A DNA stretch of 64,000 nt, taken from Eledone cirrhosa. Lineage: Eukaryota. A program made the translations under genes and the position numbers. Position 1 is the stretch's first letter. Each line of letters opens with the position of its first letter. Under the pieces are notes generated by a model. It saw only the letters and a list, made by a program, of their open reading frames with translations. It ran no database searches and was not told the DNA's origin. The DNA lies in the NCBI GenBank assembly GCA_964016885.1, contig OZ024757.1:8184001-8248000 (forward strand), read 5' to 3'. Of this stretch, positions 1 to 12,248 are shown in pieces.

Positions 1-89
1 AGGAAGAAGGTTTAAAAAGAAAAAGGTGAAGGAATCAAATGATTTATCGTCAGGTTTCATATATTAACTAAATTTCTTAATTAATTATA

Positions 90-401
90 CTACATTTTAA
101 ATTTATATTTATATTTAAACGTTGAGTTCAATCTATGTCTGCAGCAACTGAATAAATTGCTCCTTAAATTAAGGAAATTTTTGGACTTTAATATAAAGAA
201 TACCTCCTCCACACAGAGATCACATGTCTCTGATGAGGAATTAAAAGGAATCCCTTTTGAGACAATATTCCAAAACATCGAATACTTAACATTATCTCGT
301 TTAAGTTGCCAGAGTAGGCTTGATAGCGAAGTTGAGGATTTTTTGTAATAAACTACTCTAAAATGTATATGCTCCCAATGTATTAAATACATTTTACGCA
401 A
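90..401 (-). mobile_element. Penelope-like element remnant, C-terminal part of GIY-YIG endonuclease ORF
   Basis: Translation STSLSSLLWQLKRDNVKYSMFWNIVSKGIPFNSSSETCDLCVEEVFFILKSKNFLNLRSNLFSCCRH matches the typical PLE C-terminus pattern (LS..IW.LK...Y...W.I......C.LC..E...I....LN.R.EL...CRH). Confidence 0.8.
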
Positions 402-1319
402 GATAAATTTCTATACTAAATATAAGGGCATCCGTAGAATCACTGGGTCTTCTAAATCTTTTTAATAATTTTTGTTAAATAATTTTTGTTTTTTATTTGT
501 TTTTTACTCTAATAGCTTCTAACTAACTTTGCAATATATTGTTTGAAATATAGGAAGGATAGATTTCTGTAGTAAATATATGAAGCATATTGTTTTTGGC
601 CTGAGATACTCTATAGTGTGTTGAAAGTATTTTAATGTTTTGATGTTTCTGTGCTGATATATTGATATTTGATTATCTCTATACAAAGGCCATATGTGTA
701 TTAACATGCATATAGAAAGTTTATAGAGTTTATTTTATGTGTTCATGTGTCTGTATATGTGCGTAAAGATGCTGGAAAACTCACGCAGATATTTTATATA
801 TACATATATATATATATTTAGGTATGGTTCTGTATATGTTACAGATATGCATAATATTAAATACATGAACGGTAATCATATATGTGAGGACATGAATATT
901 AATCGTATATTTTATGTATATATACAGTGAAATTTTTATAACACAAGACATTTTTTTATGACACAAGAAATTATAGAGTTGATCAAGTGAAGTCATATGT
1001 ATGTCTATATTATTGACTAGAGTTAGACATAATTTTCTCTTTTTTCTTTTTTCAGGAAGTACATATACGTGTATATATATATACATATATATTTCCGTAT
1101 TTTTATAAATAGGGTAATTTTTTGAAGGTTTTATCTCAGTTTTTGGTATATTAACCTCAGAGTTTTAAACTAAACATATGGTCATTATTGAACAATGTTA
1201 TTTTCTCATATTATATATATCTATGTCTCATTCATGAATATTGATATTTGCATTTTTATTATCCTTTTCATATGAATTGATAATTCAAATTGATATGACA
1301 TGACGTAAAGATGTAACTG

Positions 1320-1792
1320 TATCCTTCTCTCTATATATAGCACTTTCTCTTCTCTCTTGAGTTTATCTTTATGTATGATGAATTATTATGTATCTGTCGT
1401 TTTCGTTTGCCTCTCTTATTTCTCTCTTGTTTCTTTTTCACTTCCTCTTATCTATTTATATTCTCTCTCTCTCTGTTTTTTTCTCCTCCCCCCTCTCTCT
1501 CTCCGTTTTTTCTTTTTTCTTTATCTACGTTTTTTCTTTCTCTCCGTCTTTTTTCTATCTGTGCTTAACACTATAACTAAATAATTATTATCCTTCTCTC
1601 TATATATAGGACTCCCTCTCTCTTGAGTTTCTCGATATGTATGGGGAATTATTTATCTGTTGCTTTCGTTTGCCTCTCTTATTTCTTTCTCCTATCTATT
1701 TATATATTTTTTCTCTCTCTCCTTTTCTTTCTCTCCGTTTCTTTCTCTCCGTCTTTCTTCTAACTGTGCTTAACACTATAACTAAATAATTA
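1320..1792. repeat. Diverged tandem duplication of a CT-rich unit (~270 bp + ~200 bp)
   Basis: Both units start tatccttctctctatatatag and end ctgtgcttaacactataactaaataattat. Confidence 0.8.
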
Positions 1793-1882
1793 TAAACAAT
1801 TCATTATCCAGACAGCTTCCTAATATAATGGTCGCTTATAATATGGTACGTCAAAATTATTTATAAAACTGTTTATATATTG

Positions 1883-1948
1883 TATTTTATCTGACGAAGA
1901 CATGCCATATTTTTAATATGGTATCCCTGAAATATGTATAATGAAATA
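1883..1948 (+). ncRNA. Minimal type I hammerhead ribozyme motif (PLE-type)
   Basis: Stem I tattttat/atgaaata; CUGACGA 1891-1897; stem II ag..atgccatatt-ttt-aatatggtat..ct; GAAA 1929-1932; quasi-palindromic stem III tatgta; UA cleavage site after 1940. Confidence 0.75.
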
Positions 1949-1988
1949 AATATGGTTTTATAAATATAGTTTCCATTTGTTTAATATC

Positions 1989-2029
<41 letters not shown>

Positions 2030-2317
2030 TGTTAGTTGTAAATCACACAGGCATTAGCAAAGCAATATTACATCCATACACTTAATAATGTTAAGTTAAA
2101 CGTTTTTTAAAAAAATTATTTGAATGTCATTAATATTAACTGCATAACACATTCATTTTCCTTACGTAACTGAGAAAAGGGACCAATATTGGGGATTAAA
2201 ATGGTACCAAGAGATTGTGCAACATGTATTTCTTCAACATTTCTCATTTGTGATTCCATTAATTTTTTTTCATTTTGTTTTATTTTATAATCTCAAACAT
2301 ATTATTGTTACTGTTAA

Positions 2318-2421
<104 letters not shown>

Positions 2422-2578
2422 TACTGCTACTTACCATATTTCCTGGTATTGAAGATGCTCTGACTTTCAAGATTCTACAAGCTCGAAGACGCATCCCAAT
2501 TTTGACTTAACACCCCCCCCCCAACCGCCACATAAGGTCTCAGCATTTTCATAGATTTTACAAATACATATAGATAAT

Positions 2579-2945
2579 TGTTTCTACTTTAGGCACAAGG
2601 CCAACAATTACCCAGTGCATTACTGGTACTTTATTTTATCGACCCCGTAAGGATGAAAGGCAAATCAACCTTGGCGGGATTTGAACTCAGATCGTAAAGG
2701 GACGTAACTATGCTGGAAAGCATGGCGTCCGACCCTCTACCGATACTGCCAATCCACATATAGATAATTGTTTCTACTTTAGGCACAAGGCCAGCAATTA
2801 CCCAGTGCATTACTGGTACTTTATTTTATCGACCCCGTAAGGATGAAAGGCAAATCAACCTCGGCGGGATTTGAACTCAGATCGTAAAGGGACGTAACTA
2901 TGCTGGAAAGCATGGCGTCCGACTCTCTACCGATACTGCCAATCC
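2579..2945 (-). mobile_element. Tandem pair of tRNA-derived SINEs (190-bp period)
   Basis: Each unit has A-box (tggcagtatcgg) and B-box (gagttcaaatcc) on the minus strand; acatatagataat occurs at 2566, 2756 and 2946. Confidence 0.9.
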
Positions 2946-2984
2946 ACATATAGATAATGACTTTGATTTATAGTTTCTGTTCTA

Positions 2985-3226
2985 GTTAGTGACTTAGTAA
3001 TATATTATTGTTGATCCCTTATAGTTAGTGATTTAGTGATATATAGTTACTGTTGGTACCTTATACTTAGAGATTTAGTGATATATAGTTACTGTTGGTA
3101 CCTATTGGTTAGTGATTTAGTGATATATAGTTACTGTTGGTACCTATTGGTTAGTGATTTAGTGATATATAGTTACTGTTGGTACCTTATAGTTAGTGAC
3201 TTATAGAACCTGTTGGTACCTTATAG
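2985..3226. repeat. ~37-38 bp minisatellite (ttagtgatttagtgatatatagttactgttggtacct)
   Basis: About 5-6 tandem copies visible. Confidence 0.9.
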
Positions 3227-3454
3227 TCTGCTTTTGTACTTTTACTTTTACCTCTTCCTTTGTTACTTGATAACGCTGTTAAAATTAATATTTTTATAAA
3301 TTACCTTTAGTTTGAGTTATCTCCCAATAAAGGAATGAGGTTTTGTAATGAGGTATTTTTTTTTTCTTGTTTTATAAATTTTTTAATACGTTTTGATAAT
3401 TTATTTAAAATAAATGAAGAAAAATTATCATTAAAATATAGTATGAAGTTGTAG

Positions 3455-3615
3455 TGGCCTATATTCCGCGGGCTCACATACATTCTCTGTGCGTGATGTG
3501 GCTCAGCTCAGCCAATCAGCGCCAGTAGAAGAGGATGTATCCCTACGCTTTCTGAGGGAGAAATAGCCCGCAAAGATTTGAGGACGCTATCACTCGCAGC
3601 TTCGACCGTGCTAAG
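3455..3615 (+). promoter_or_regulatory. Candidate Pol II promoter and non-coding first exon
   Basis: Locally CpG-rich non-repeat island in AT-rich DNA; NF-Y-type agCCAATcag (CCAAT at 3512-3516); donor AAG|GTAAAC at 3615/3616; only a 6-codon ATG ORF (3536) inside. Confidence 0.55.
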
Positions 3616-3952
3616 GTAAACAACCATTTTTCTTGCGCCGTGAAAGCACAAACAATATGTAACGACAAAACATTACCTACGAGACTGGTCAAAAACCCCT
3701 TCAGCCAGTCGCCCGTATTTTCTCTTGTAATCTTAATTGAATTATTTCATTTCTCTTGGCATGCCAGCTTAATTCACTTCTTAACCGTTGTTAATAAATA
3801 ATGTAAAACCAAGCTAAAGTCGTTGTCGATATTTCCTATCATATCTTTCTACCTAACCTGGTTCCTCGTGGCGACATTACAACTCTCTAAATACTTCTCC
3901 GCTAAATTGGTGACTTATATTCAACAAAGAGAAACATTCATTTCCTTTAAAG

Positions 3953-4250
3953 TCATGGATTAATGGTTAGTGTGTTGGGCTCATCACTATCGTAAGATTG
4001 TGATGAGAAGTGTGTTGTCCTTGAGCAAGACACTTTATTTCATGTTACTCCAGTCCACATGGGTGGTAAAGATGAGTTATGATGACACTGGTGCCAAGCT
4101 GAATCAATCTTTGCCTTTCTCTTAGATAACATCAGTGATGTGTAGAGAAGATTAGCATGCATGGGTGACTTCTTGTCTTCTACAAAAACACCATGACCTG
4201 GCTTGCACCTTGGAGTGGAACTTTTCATGTACAAACCTGTGGTCAGGATC
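3953..4250 (+). mobile_element. Second tRNA-SINE family with CORE-like central motif (related copies ~8350-8455, ~12253-12545)
   Basis: tRNA-like head (taatggttag) followed by tgtccttgagcaagacactttatttcatgtt, recurring in the other copies. Confidence 0.6.
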
Positions 4251-5609
4251 ATATATTTTATTATACTATCTTCTCTTCTACTTTATTATTAAATTCCTTT
4301 CTATAGGGGAACATTCCCCATTGGTTAAAATTGATTTAGAAAAATGCAACCTTCGTCTTCTCGGATGCATGGTAAATTTTCAAGACTCATTTTAAGAAAA
4401 AAAACAGCATCTTTCACACTTGTAAATATGTTAATTGTATAGTAGTTTTTTCTTTTTCTTTTTTTATTTATTTTTTATTTTATTTACAATTGCATATGTT
4501 AATGTGAAAATTCATTTTGTGAGATATTATTCCAAACCAAAGCCCGAAAGTCTTAAAAGATGAAAGTTCATGTTACACAAACAGAAAGTAGAAATGTCTT
4601 GCAAATATTTTAATTTATGTAAACTAAATAGATAGTTTAATTAGATAAACTTTTTTTTTTGTTTTTGGTTTAAATCATTCATATTAAGCATGGCATTATG
4701 TTTTCTTTATATTAATCCCCCCACCTACATATAAAAATAAAATAAAACAAATTATATCATACAAAATATTGATTTTGTAGTTTACAGTATTTTGAAAAAA
4801 GAAAAAAAAATCTCTTACTAACACATAATATTGTTTTACTGGAAAATCATGGAAACATTTTTATATCAATTGTTAAAATAATACAGTCTGTCTGTTAGTA
4901 GACTAGACATCAACTCCTGATTATATTTAATAAAAGAAACCTTTTATACAGCTAATACCATATATACACACACACACACACATGCATAGCCCCCCAATTG
5001 CTCAGTCTAATTGTAGTTGTTTTGTAACTTCCTTTCTGTGTTCCCCTCCCCCCTTTCTTATGATAATCATTGCTAATGTGCTTTGCATATTAAAATTTTT
5101 TTTTAATATTTTTTTTAAATATTTTTTTTAAAAGAAATAAAAATATATATATTGGAAACTTTTTTTAAATAAAGAATAAAATAAATAAAATCCCAACAAA
5201 TTCTTTTTTGAAATAATCAAAAATAAATTACAATTAAAAAGGTTTTAACTCTTGTTTCCTTATATCTCTAGTCATCCTCCAAATGTGCTATCACCATGCT
5301 CAGCAATTTGAAATGTTACTAACTCACATTAAATCTTTATTATTAGTCAAGCCATAACAGATTAGAAATTATTACATAAGCAAGTAATTCTCTCTATTCA
5401 GACACTAAAATATTTGGGATGTATTACACTATTAGCTAAAAAGGTATAATATGCCCATAAGGCAAAAAAAAAAAAAATAAAAATAAAAACGCCACAAAAC
5501 ACATGATGCCTAACTTATTGTAAAGTTAAGGAAATGTAGTATTGATATATATTGGAACCATATATATATATATATATAATATATATATATATAGACACAC
5601 ACACTCATG

Positions 5610-5650
<41 letters not shown>

Positions 5651-5680
5651 AGATCAAAAGATGGTTAAAAGAGTTCCGAG

Positions 5681-5746
5681 TATTATGCACATTTCAAAAA
5701 CTAATATCATCATAGGATGATATCTGCGTTCTCATCAGATAAAATA
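5681..5746 (-). ncRNA. Degenerate minimal hammerhead ribozyme motif
   Basis: Minus strand: tattttat-CUGAUGA(5738-5732)-stem II gatatcatc/gatgatatt-GAAA(5695-5692)-tgtgca-UA; stem I only ~3 bp; same tattttat context as the 1883 motif. Confidence 0.6.
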
Positions 5747-5839
5747 GGGATACATGATATGAAGCTTAAAAAACACTTGTGAATAGTGAAGTTTTAAATC
5801 AACATAAGATCTTTTGATCTTATATTATTTATACTCCAG

Positions 5840-6025
5840 GGCGGAGGATTGGCAGTATCGGTAGAGGGTTGGACGCCATGCTTTGACGCATAGAGTTACG
5901 GTCCTTGCCATTCTGAGTTCAAATCGCGCCGAGGTTAACTTTGCCTTTCATCCTTTCGGGGTCGATAAAATAAAGTACCAGTAATACACTGGGTAATTGC
6001 TGGCCTTGTGCCAAATGTAGAAACA
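5840..6025 (+). mobile_element. Full-length tRNA-derived SINE with 16-bp TSD
   Basis: A/B boxes; TSD attatttatactccag at 5824-5839 and 6026-6041. Confidence 0.93.
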
Positions 6026-6141
6026 ATTATTTATACTCCAGTCCTACAAACTGTAGAGTGCTACTTATCCGATATTTGCATTGCTTTATTGTGCTACAAT
6101 AAAACTCACCTCCTACATATATATATACACACACACACGCA

Positions 6142-6176
<35 letters not shown>

Positions 6177-6384
6177 ACACACACACGCATACGTATGTGT
6201 CTATAATTTTTTTGGGGGAAAAGACCAATACATTCAGTTTGAATAAAATGGTGTTTGCACCCCCCCCCCCTCTTTCCTTGATGCCATAAAGTATGTGCTT
6301 ATTTTGATATTTTGCTTAATATTTAATCCTATCCTGAATGGAAGATATGAGCAAGATGAAGTAGGTCTGACCCATCTGATCTCA

Positions 6385-6460
6385 GACTCTGACAACCCGT
6401 CCAATCCATGCCAAGATGGAAAGTAGATGTAAAATGATGATGATGATGATGATGATGATG
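6385..6460 (+). mobile_element. Probable 3' terminus of an RTE-type LINE/SINE ending in (GAT)n
   Basis: ccgtccaatccatgccaagatggaaagtagatgtaaaa followed by a (TGA)n tail. Confidence 0.45.
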
Positions 6461-6951
6461 TCTACTTTAGAGCAGCATTATTTTTTTTGTTTGTTTACCT
6501 GTGTATATTGTATATCAGATACAGAAGTTACACTACACCTATATGTGTATTGTGCTGCAACACTGTTTCCTTTACATATATATACACACACACACATATG
6601 GATAATACCATACTCCATATATACATATATAAAGGAAACTGTTTCCTGTTTGATATCATCTTAGTTAATTCCTATGTCCTTCAGATTGGCCCCTTAAATA
6701 TTCTTTGCCAGGTGTGCCTTGCTTGTCCTCACTTTTACTTATCACCTATTGGTAGCCAACTTATAGCAGTTCTTAAAGGTCACTGTTCTGACCAATGTAA
6801 AACATTCTGGGCTAATCAGTATTGGAATTCTGTATTGTAGCATATTTACGTTTAAAGTTAAAGAAAAACTCCTGTAATATTTGCTAATTTTAGAGAGATT
6901 ATACTCACATACATACATACGTATGTATGTATGTGTGTATATATATATATA

Positions 6952-7080
6952 TATATTTGAAAAAAAGGAAAATGACTTCACTTGTAGTGTTTAAAAAATT
7001 TTTTATTTAATTTTATATTATATTATCAAAAAAATTTTAACACTACAAGTGAAGTCATTTTTTCCTTTTTTTCAAATATA
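6952..7080. repeat. ~50-bp inverted repeat (hairpin) next to (TA)n
   Basis: tatatttgaaaaaaaggaaaatgacttcacttgtagtgtt ... aacactacaagtgaagtcattttttccttttttcaaatata. Confidence 0.9.
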
Positions 7081-7179
7081 CCTAACTGTACCAAGGATCT
7101 CACACATTTTCCAATATATATATAATACACTGTGTGTGTGTGTATATATATTGTGTGTATATATGTATACACACACATA

Positions 7180-7275
7180 CAGGGTGTCCATAAAAATGTA
7201 TACACTTCAACAGCGTTCTAATGAATAATGCCTGTATAAGTGATCAGTGTGTATACATTTTTGGGGGACACCGTG
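7180..7275. mobile_element. Tc1/mariner-like MITE (related copy ~18660-18738 in opposite orientation)
   Basis: TA|cagggtgtcc...tgtatacac terminus paired with gtgtatacatttttgggggacaccgtg. Confidence 0.7.
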
Positions 7276-7356
7276 CGTGCATGTGTGTGTGTGTATGTAT
7301 ATATATATATATATATACTTGTAGACAATTGCATTTTTTCTTTTTTTTTCTACTAG

Positions 7357-7450
7357 ATAATTTTGATAGGGTGCAAACAAATCTATACACAACTTCAGTT
7401 ACGGAATCTTTCTCTGAATGTAGATTATTAAACAGTGAAACCAAAATATG
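7357..7450 (+). other. Candidate internal exon (94 nt) of an unidentified host transcript
   Basis: Long polypyrimidine tract ending ctactAG (7356); donor ATG|GTAAGC at 7450/7451; one open frame (NFDRVQTNLYTTSVTESFSECRLLNSETKI), or a 5'UTR exon ending in the start ATG. Confidence 0.5.
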
Positions 7451-7710
7451 GTAAGCAGGCTGTGACTTACATACAAGTGTATGTGTTTGTGTGTACAATA
7501 CATAGATCACTCTTCTTTCCTCTACTTTTTCTATGGAAATACTTAACACACACACACAAACACACAAACACTCAATACAATGCAATGTTGAGGATATTGT
7601 TAAACATAATTGCTGAAAGAAGCATTTCAAGATATTCTTAGCATTGTTAGGATGAGAATTATGGTGAGATTAATAATCAAAAATATTTGTGACAGTGATA
7701 ATACTTTAAC

Positions 7711-7900
7711 CCTTTAATGTTCAAACCGGCCAAAACCAGCCAAAATTCTCTACCTCTTTCTGTTGAAACTGGCTGTAACTGGTCGCTCAAACTGATGTTA
7801 AGGTATTGTTCTCAAAATAAATACTTTCAAAATCTCATAGATTCAATATTATGTGAGGTAAAGCCTTTACCATGAAAATATAATAGTATATATAAAATAA
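7711..7900. mobile_element. piggyBac-like MITE fragment
   Basis: TTAA|ccctttaatgttcaaaccggcc; homologous to the 12063-12248 copy; flanked by tgtgacagtgataa(t/a)acttt direct repeats. Confidence 0.6.
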
Positions 7901-8664
7901 TGTGACAGTGATAAAACTTTTATTGTACAACGACAACCAAGCATTTTAAGGCCTTTCCCCTTCTAAGGCCAGTTGGTTAGCCTTATGAGTCCCATGATAT
8001 TCTCTTCATATTCACCACGGAGTTCTGTCTGTCTGATATCAACCCCTTATAGTTGCTTCCTATGACATTCAAGGATTTGATGTAACTACTCTAAATTGGA
8101 CTGATCCCCCCCCCCCTCCACATACACACATGGGCACTTTGAGTTCGTTTGTTGAGTAAACCCAAGGAATAACCATCTGAGATCCCTGACCAGCTTCATA
8201 CTCATCATGTGGTCCACTTGAAGATGACATTATTTCTTGGTTGGATGCCCTTCATAGTGCCAACTTACTTAGTCACTGTCTAATGACACAGGGATATGGC
8301 ATACCTATTCTACACTGGATACATACAGAAATAACATTGTTGATAGTATATATTATCTGTGAAGGCAATTCACAATTGTGAGGTTGCAAATTCAATTCTC
8401 AAACCAGGTGATGTGTTATGTCCTTGCACGACACTTTATTTCATGTTGCTCTTTCTGCCAAGATTTGCAACCAATAGATAATATTAGCAATGGAAACATT
8501 GTTTCCTTGGTCTGATTTGACAACTTCCACCCCACTTGCTAAATGAGTGAGGTCTGGGATTTATTTGATCGATCAATATATTACCAACTGATGGAGATAA
8601 TATATTTCTATAAAGTTGTTACAAATATTTTTCACTTCACACTTTTTTAGTGAGAGTATGTTAT

Positions 8665-9165
8665 TATTGGATTGGCAGAATCAGCACAGTTGCGCCTCTT
8701 TATGGTTTGAGTTCAAATCCCGCTGAGGTTAATTTTAACTTTCATCCTTACGGGGTCGATAAAATAAAGTACCAGTAATGTACTGAGATAATTCCTGGCC
8801 TTGTGCCAACAGTAGAAACAATTATTATTATTATTATTCTTTCATCTGTATGGGCTCGATAAAATAAAGTACCAGTAATGCACTGGGGTGATTTAATTGA
8901 CTTTCCCCTCCCCCTAAAATGTTGGCCTTGTGCCTAAATCAAAAACCACTATTATTATTTAGGGCAGTGGATTGGCAGTATGAGTAGAACATTGGACAGC
9001 ATGTTTTGTGGCATATAGTTATGTCCCTTCACATTCTGAGTTCAAATCCTGTTGAGGAGTTGATAAAATAAAGTTCCTGTACTGGGGTCGATTTAATCAA
9101 CTTTCCCTTCACCCCGAAATTGTTAGCCTTGTGCCTATATAAGAAACTATTATTATTATTATTTT
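8665..9165 (+). mobile_element. Cluster of three tRNA-SINE copies separated by (ATT)n
   Basis: Repeated gagttcaaatcc, gataaaataaagt and ggccttgtgcc...aaac motifs with (ATT)n tails. Confidence 0.85.
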
Positions 9166-9612
9166 ATTTTATTTCTTGTATTTTTTTCTTGCTTTCTATG
9201 AGTGAATTTAAACTTCTGGGCTGATGATCTTTCCCTGAGGAATTCAAACTTTTCTCAGTATGATCTCTGTTTTTTCCCTTGGTAAAACACATACTACTAC
9301 TATAACGACTGTTGCTGATACTACTACTATTTCTACTATAACTACTGCTGCTACTGTTACTTCTATTACTACTGCTACCACAACTATTATTATTGCTGCT
9401 GCTACTACTCTGATTACTACAACTGCTACTGCTACTATTACTACTACTACTACTTGCCTTAGTGTGTGTTGGATACAAAACTTTCTACTCTCACTTTGTT
9501 TTTTCTTTCATTTGTTTTTTTTTAATGTAACCTTGTAATCTTAGGAGGTCATTCCTGATTAGACAGATAGACCTATTCACTTCATGGTTGAGTGATTAAC
9601 TATGATAATAAT

Positions 9613-9794
9613 TGTTTCTACTTTTGACACAAGGCCAGCAATTACCCAGTGCATTACTGGTACTTTATTTTATCGACCCCGTAAGGATGAAAGGCAAAGT
9701 CAACCTCGGCGGGATTTGAACTCAGATCGAAAAGGGACGTAACTATGCTGGAAAGCATGGCGTCCGACCCTCTACCGATACTGCCAATCCACCC
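9613..9794 (-). mobile_element. tRNA-derived SINE with TSD
   Basis: Same family as 2579; TSD ctatgataataat at ~9600 and ~9795. Confidence 0.9.
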
Positions 9795-10093
9795 CTATGA
9801 TAATAATATCCTCTACCACAGTAAAAACAAATTCCTTGCTTCAACAGAGGAAATTGGATTTTTTAAAAACAAACACCTCATTGGTTTCTCCCCTTTTTAT
9901 TTATTTTTTTATTTCTGTTTCATTTTCTGGGTTTTTTTTCTTCTTGATTACAATCTACACCACAACTCACATTTTCCACATAAGTGGCTCATTGGCAGAG
10001 TCCTTAGAGCATTGAATTTGTCCCAGCATTTGTTCTGACATATTATATTCTGAGTTCAAACTCTGCCGAGGTCAACTTTGTCCTTTAGAAGTC

Positions 10094-10339
10094 TTCTTCT
10101 TCACCCACTCATATCTGAGAGGGTCTTGGAGGCAGAGTCTGCAAACACACCTTCCAGTGGGTCCTGTCAGAAGCAACCATCTCCACCTAATTCGGCAGGA
10201 TCCCCAAGTGAGACCAACCAATCTCATGGATGTTATCCAACCATCTTGCTTGTGGGATCTACCTCTGGGTCTCCTGCTGGTTGGTTTTGCTTGTAATATC
10301 TGTCTAATGATTCTTTCCTGAGATATTCTAACCACATGC
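10094..10339 (-). mobile_element. 5'-truncated RTE-clade LINE inserted into a + strand SINE (~9983-10375)
   Basis: GHVVRISQERIIRQILQAKPTSRRPRGRS is the RTE RT C-terminal motif; (GAA)n tail; TSD cctttagaagtc/ccttttgaagtc splits the SINE. Confidence 0.8.
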
Positions 10340-10648
10340 CCTTTTGAAGTCAATAAAAATAAAGTACCAGTCCAGTGGGCAGGGATTCGGTAGAATTTGT
10401 TAAATAATCAGATAGAATATTTTGCAGCATGTGACCTAGCTCTGTTGCAGTCTTGAGTTGAAATCCTACTTCCTCCTGCCAGGAATTGTAACGTTCAGAT
10501 AGTTTCATCAATGGAAACATTGATTTGTTGGTTTGGTCTGACAATTGGCTATTTTCCTTTTTTTTTCTTTTTTTTTTCATATTTAAAAAAAGTACAATTT
10601 ATAAAAGAAGTATTCACTTATTGTGTTAATGTCAGTTATTAGTTTATA

Positions 10649-10989
10649 CTAGCTAGCCACAGGCCGTCAAAAATGACAGCTAATTGTAATATCTATACAT
10701 AATATAAAAAAGAGGTGTTTGTTGGTTGCTTGGTTGTTTGGTTGCTTGCTTGCTTCCTTCGCACTCACACAAGTGATACAAACATACAAACACAGCTGTG
10801 ACGAATCTTAGAATACTGGACTTCTATTGTTTCTCACCCCATCTTCCTTCATCAGTCATTATATAGATGTATGTGTATTAGACACCCTTTCCTTCCCCAG
10901 TCGACATAATCACTACTTCCTTCCTCAATCGACATCAGCCATCTCTATTGTGTGACAGACGAATACACAAGGCTATTATATTACTAAGA
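10649..10989 (-). mobile_element. Non-autonomous Helitron-like element
   Basis: Minus strand begins TCttagtaatataatag and ends with hairpin gctgtcatttttgacggc followed by CTAG|T. Confidence 0.6.
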
Positions 10990-11394
10990 AAATATACAAA
11001 TGCTATAATTATTTTTATTATTGGTGGCATAAAACAAGATAAAAATAAAAGCTGTTAAAATTTATTCTACAAAAAGAATCTTTCAATATTATATATACAT
11101 ATATACATGATGTAAGTTGGTCAGGGTTAGGAAACTACAGTCATAGAAGCCATACTAATGTGGAAAGCAGACTTAAAAATGATGGTGTTATATATATACA
11201 TACACAACACACACACACACACTTATATGGGTATGTGTGTGTATATATATATATATGTGTGTGCATATATATATATTCATATATACACATAAATAGACAC
11301 ACTCTGATATTCACTCTGTTCCTGAATCTGCATCCACTACTATATTGATCTGGTTTGTCCTGGTCTTCGAATTGCAAACACTTCATATCTGTAT

Positions 11395-11405
11395 ATTTGT
11401 GTGTG

Positions 11406-11438
<33 letters not shown>

Positions 11439-11630
11439 GTGTGTGTGTGTATGTGTGTGTTTATATATGTATATATGTGTATATAAATGTTTATATATAT
11501 ATATATGTGTGTATATATATGTTTATATATATATGTGTGCATATATATGTATATACATATGTGTGTGTATATATATGTGTGTGTATATATATATACGTGT
11601 GCGTGTATGTATGTATATATATATATATAT
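11395..11630. repeat. (TA/TG)n low-complexity tract
   Basis: Direct reading. Confidence 0.95.
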
Positions 11631-12062
11631 CTGAGTAAGGGTTAGTAGACATTCTACAATAGTTGAAACAGGAATTACAACTGACATAGTATCAACATTG
11701 AAAAGACCAATGAAGACAGTTTCCTTGGTCAGTCAGATCTGGCAATTGGTTCCTTTCCTTTTTTTTATTCTTCTTTACATCATTTTTCTTTAAAACAAAA
11801 CACTAAAAATATGGTGGACCAACTAAGAAAACACAACACAAAACATGTTTATACATATTTTTTTTTATATTTTGTTTCCATTGTTCATTCATGTTCCAGT
11901 AAAACACAAAGCACTCTTTTAGTCATTTTTTTTTCTAAATAATTGTGCAATTGCTTTAATAAAGCTGGATTATTATAATGTAAATTATTTTGGGTTTTTA
12001 ATTATGTCTCTGTATTTGTGTGTGTGTGTGTGTGTGTGTGTGTATGAAGATGCATAACTTAA

Positions 12063-12248
12063 CCCTTTAGCATTTAAATCGGCCAGAATTCTCCCACTTT
12101 CTGTTCATATCAGTGGCCACCCATACTAACGTTAAGGTATTGTTCTCAAAATAAATAATATCAAATCTCATAGATTCAATATGTAAAATAAAGATTTTAC
12201 TGTGAAAATACAATAGTATATAGAGTAATTAATGTAAATGCTAAAGGA
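12063..12248. mobile_element. piggyBac-like MITE
   Basis: TTAA at 12059-12062 and 12249-12252; TIRs ccctttagcattt / aaatgctaaagga. Confidence 0.8.

Noticed and set aside
30-62. CUGACGA on the minus strand downstream of the PLE ORF as a hammerhead
   Set aside because: No GAAA after the putative stem II within the window; incomplete
5840-5930. tRNA gene
   Set aside because: A/B boxes belong to a SINE head with body, tail and TSD; no proper cloverleaf or terminator
6685-6711. Micro-exon (cag|...ccag|gtgtgc), and similarly 19213-19252
   Set aside because: Splice signals weak or expected by chance; no coding support
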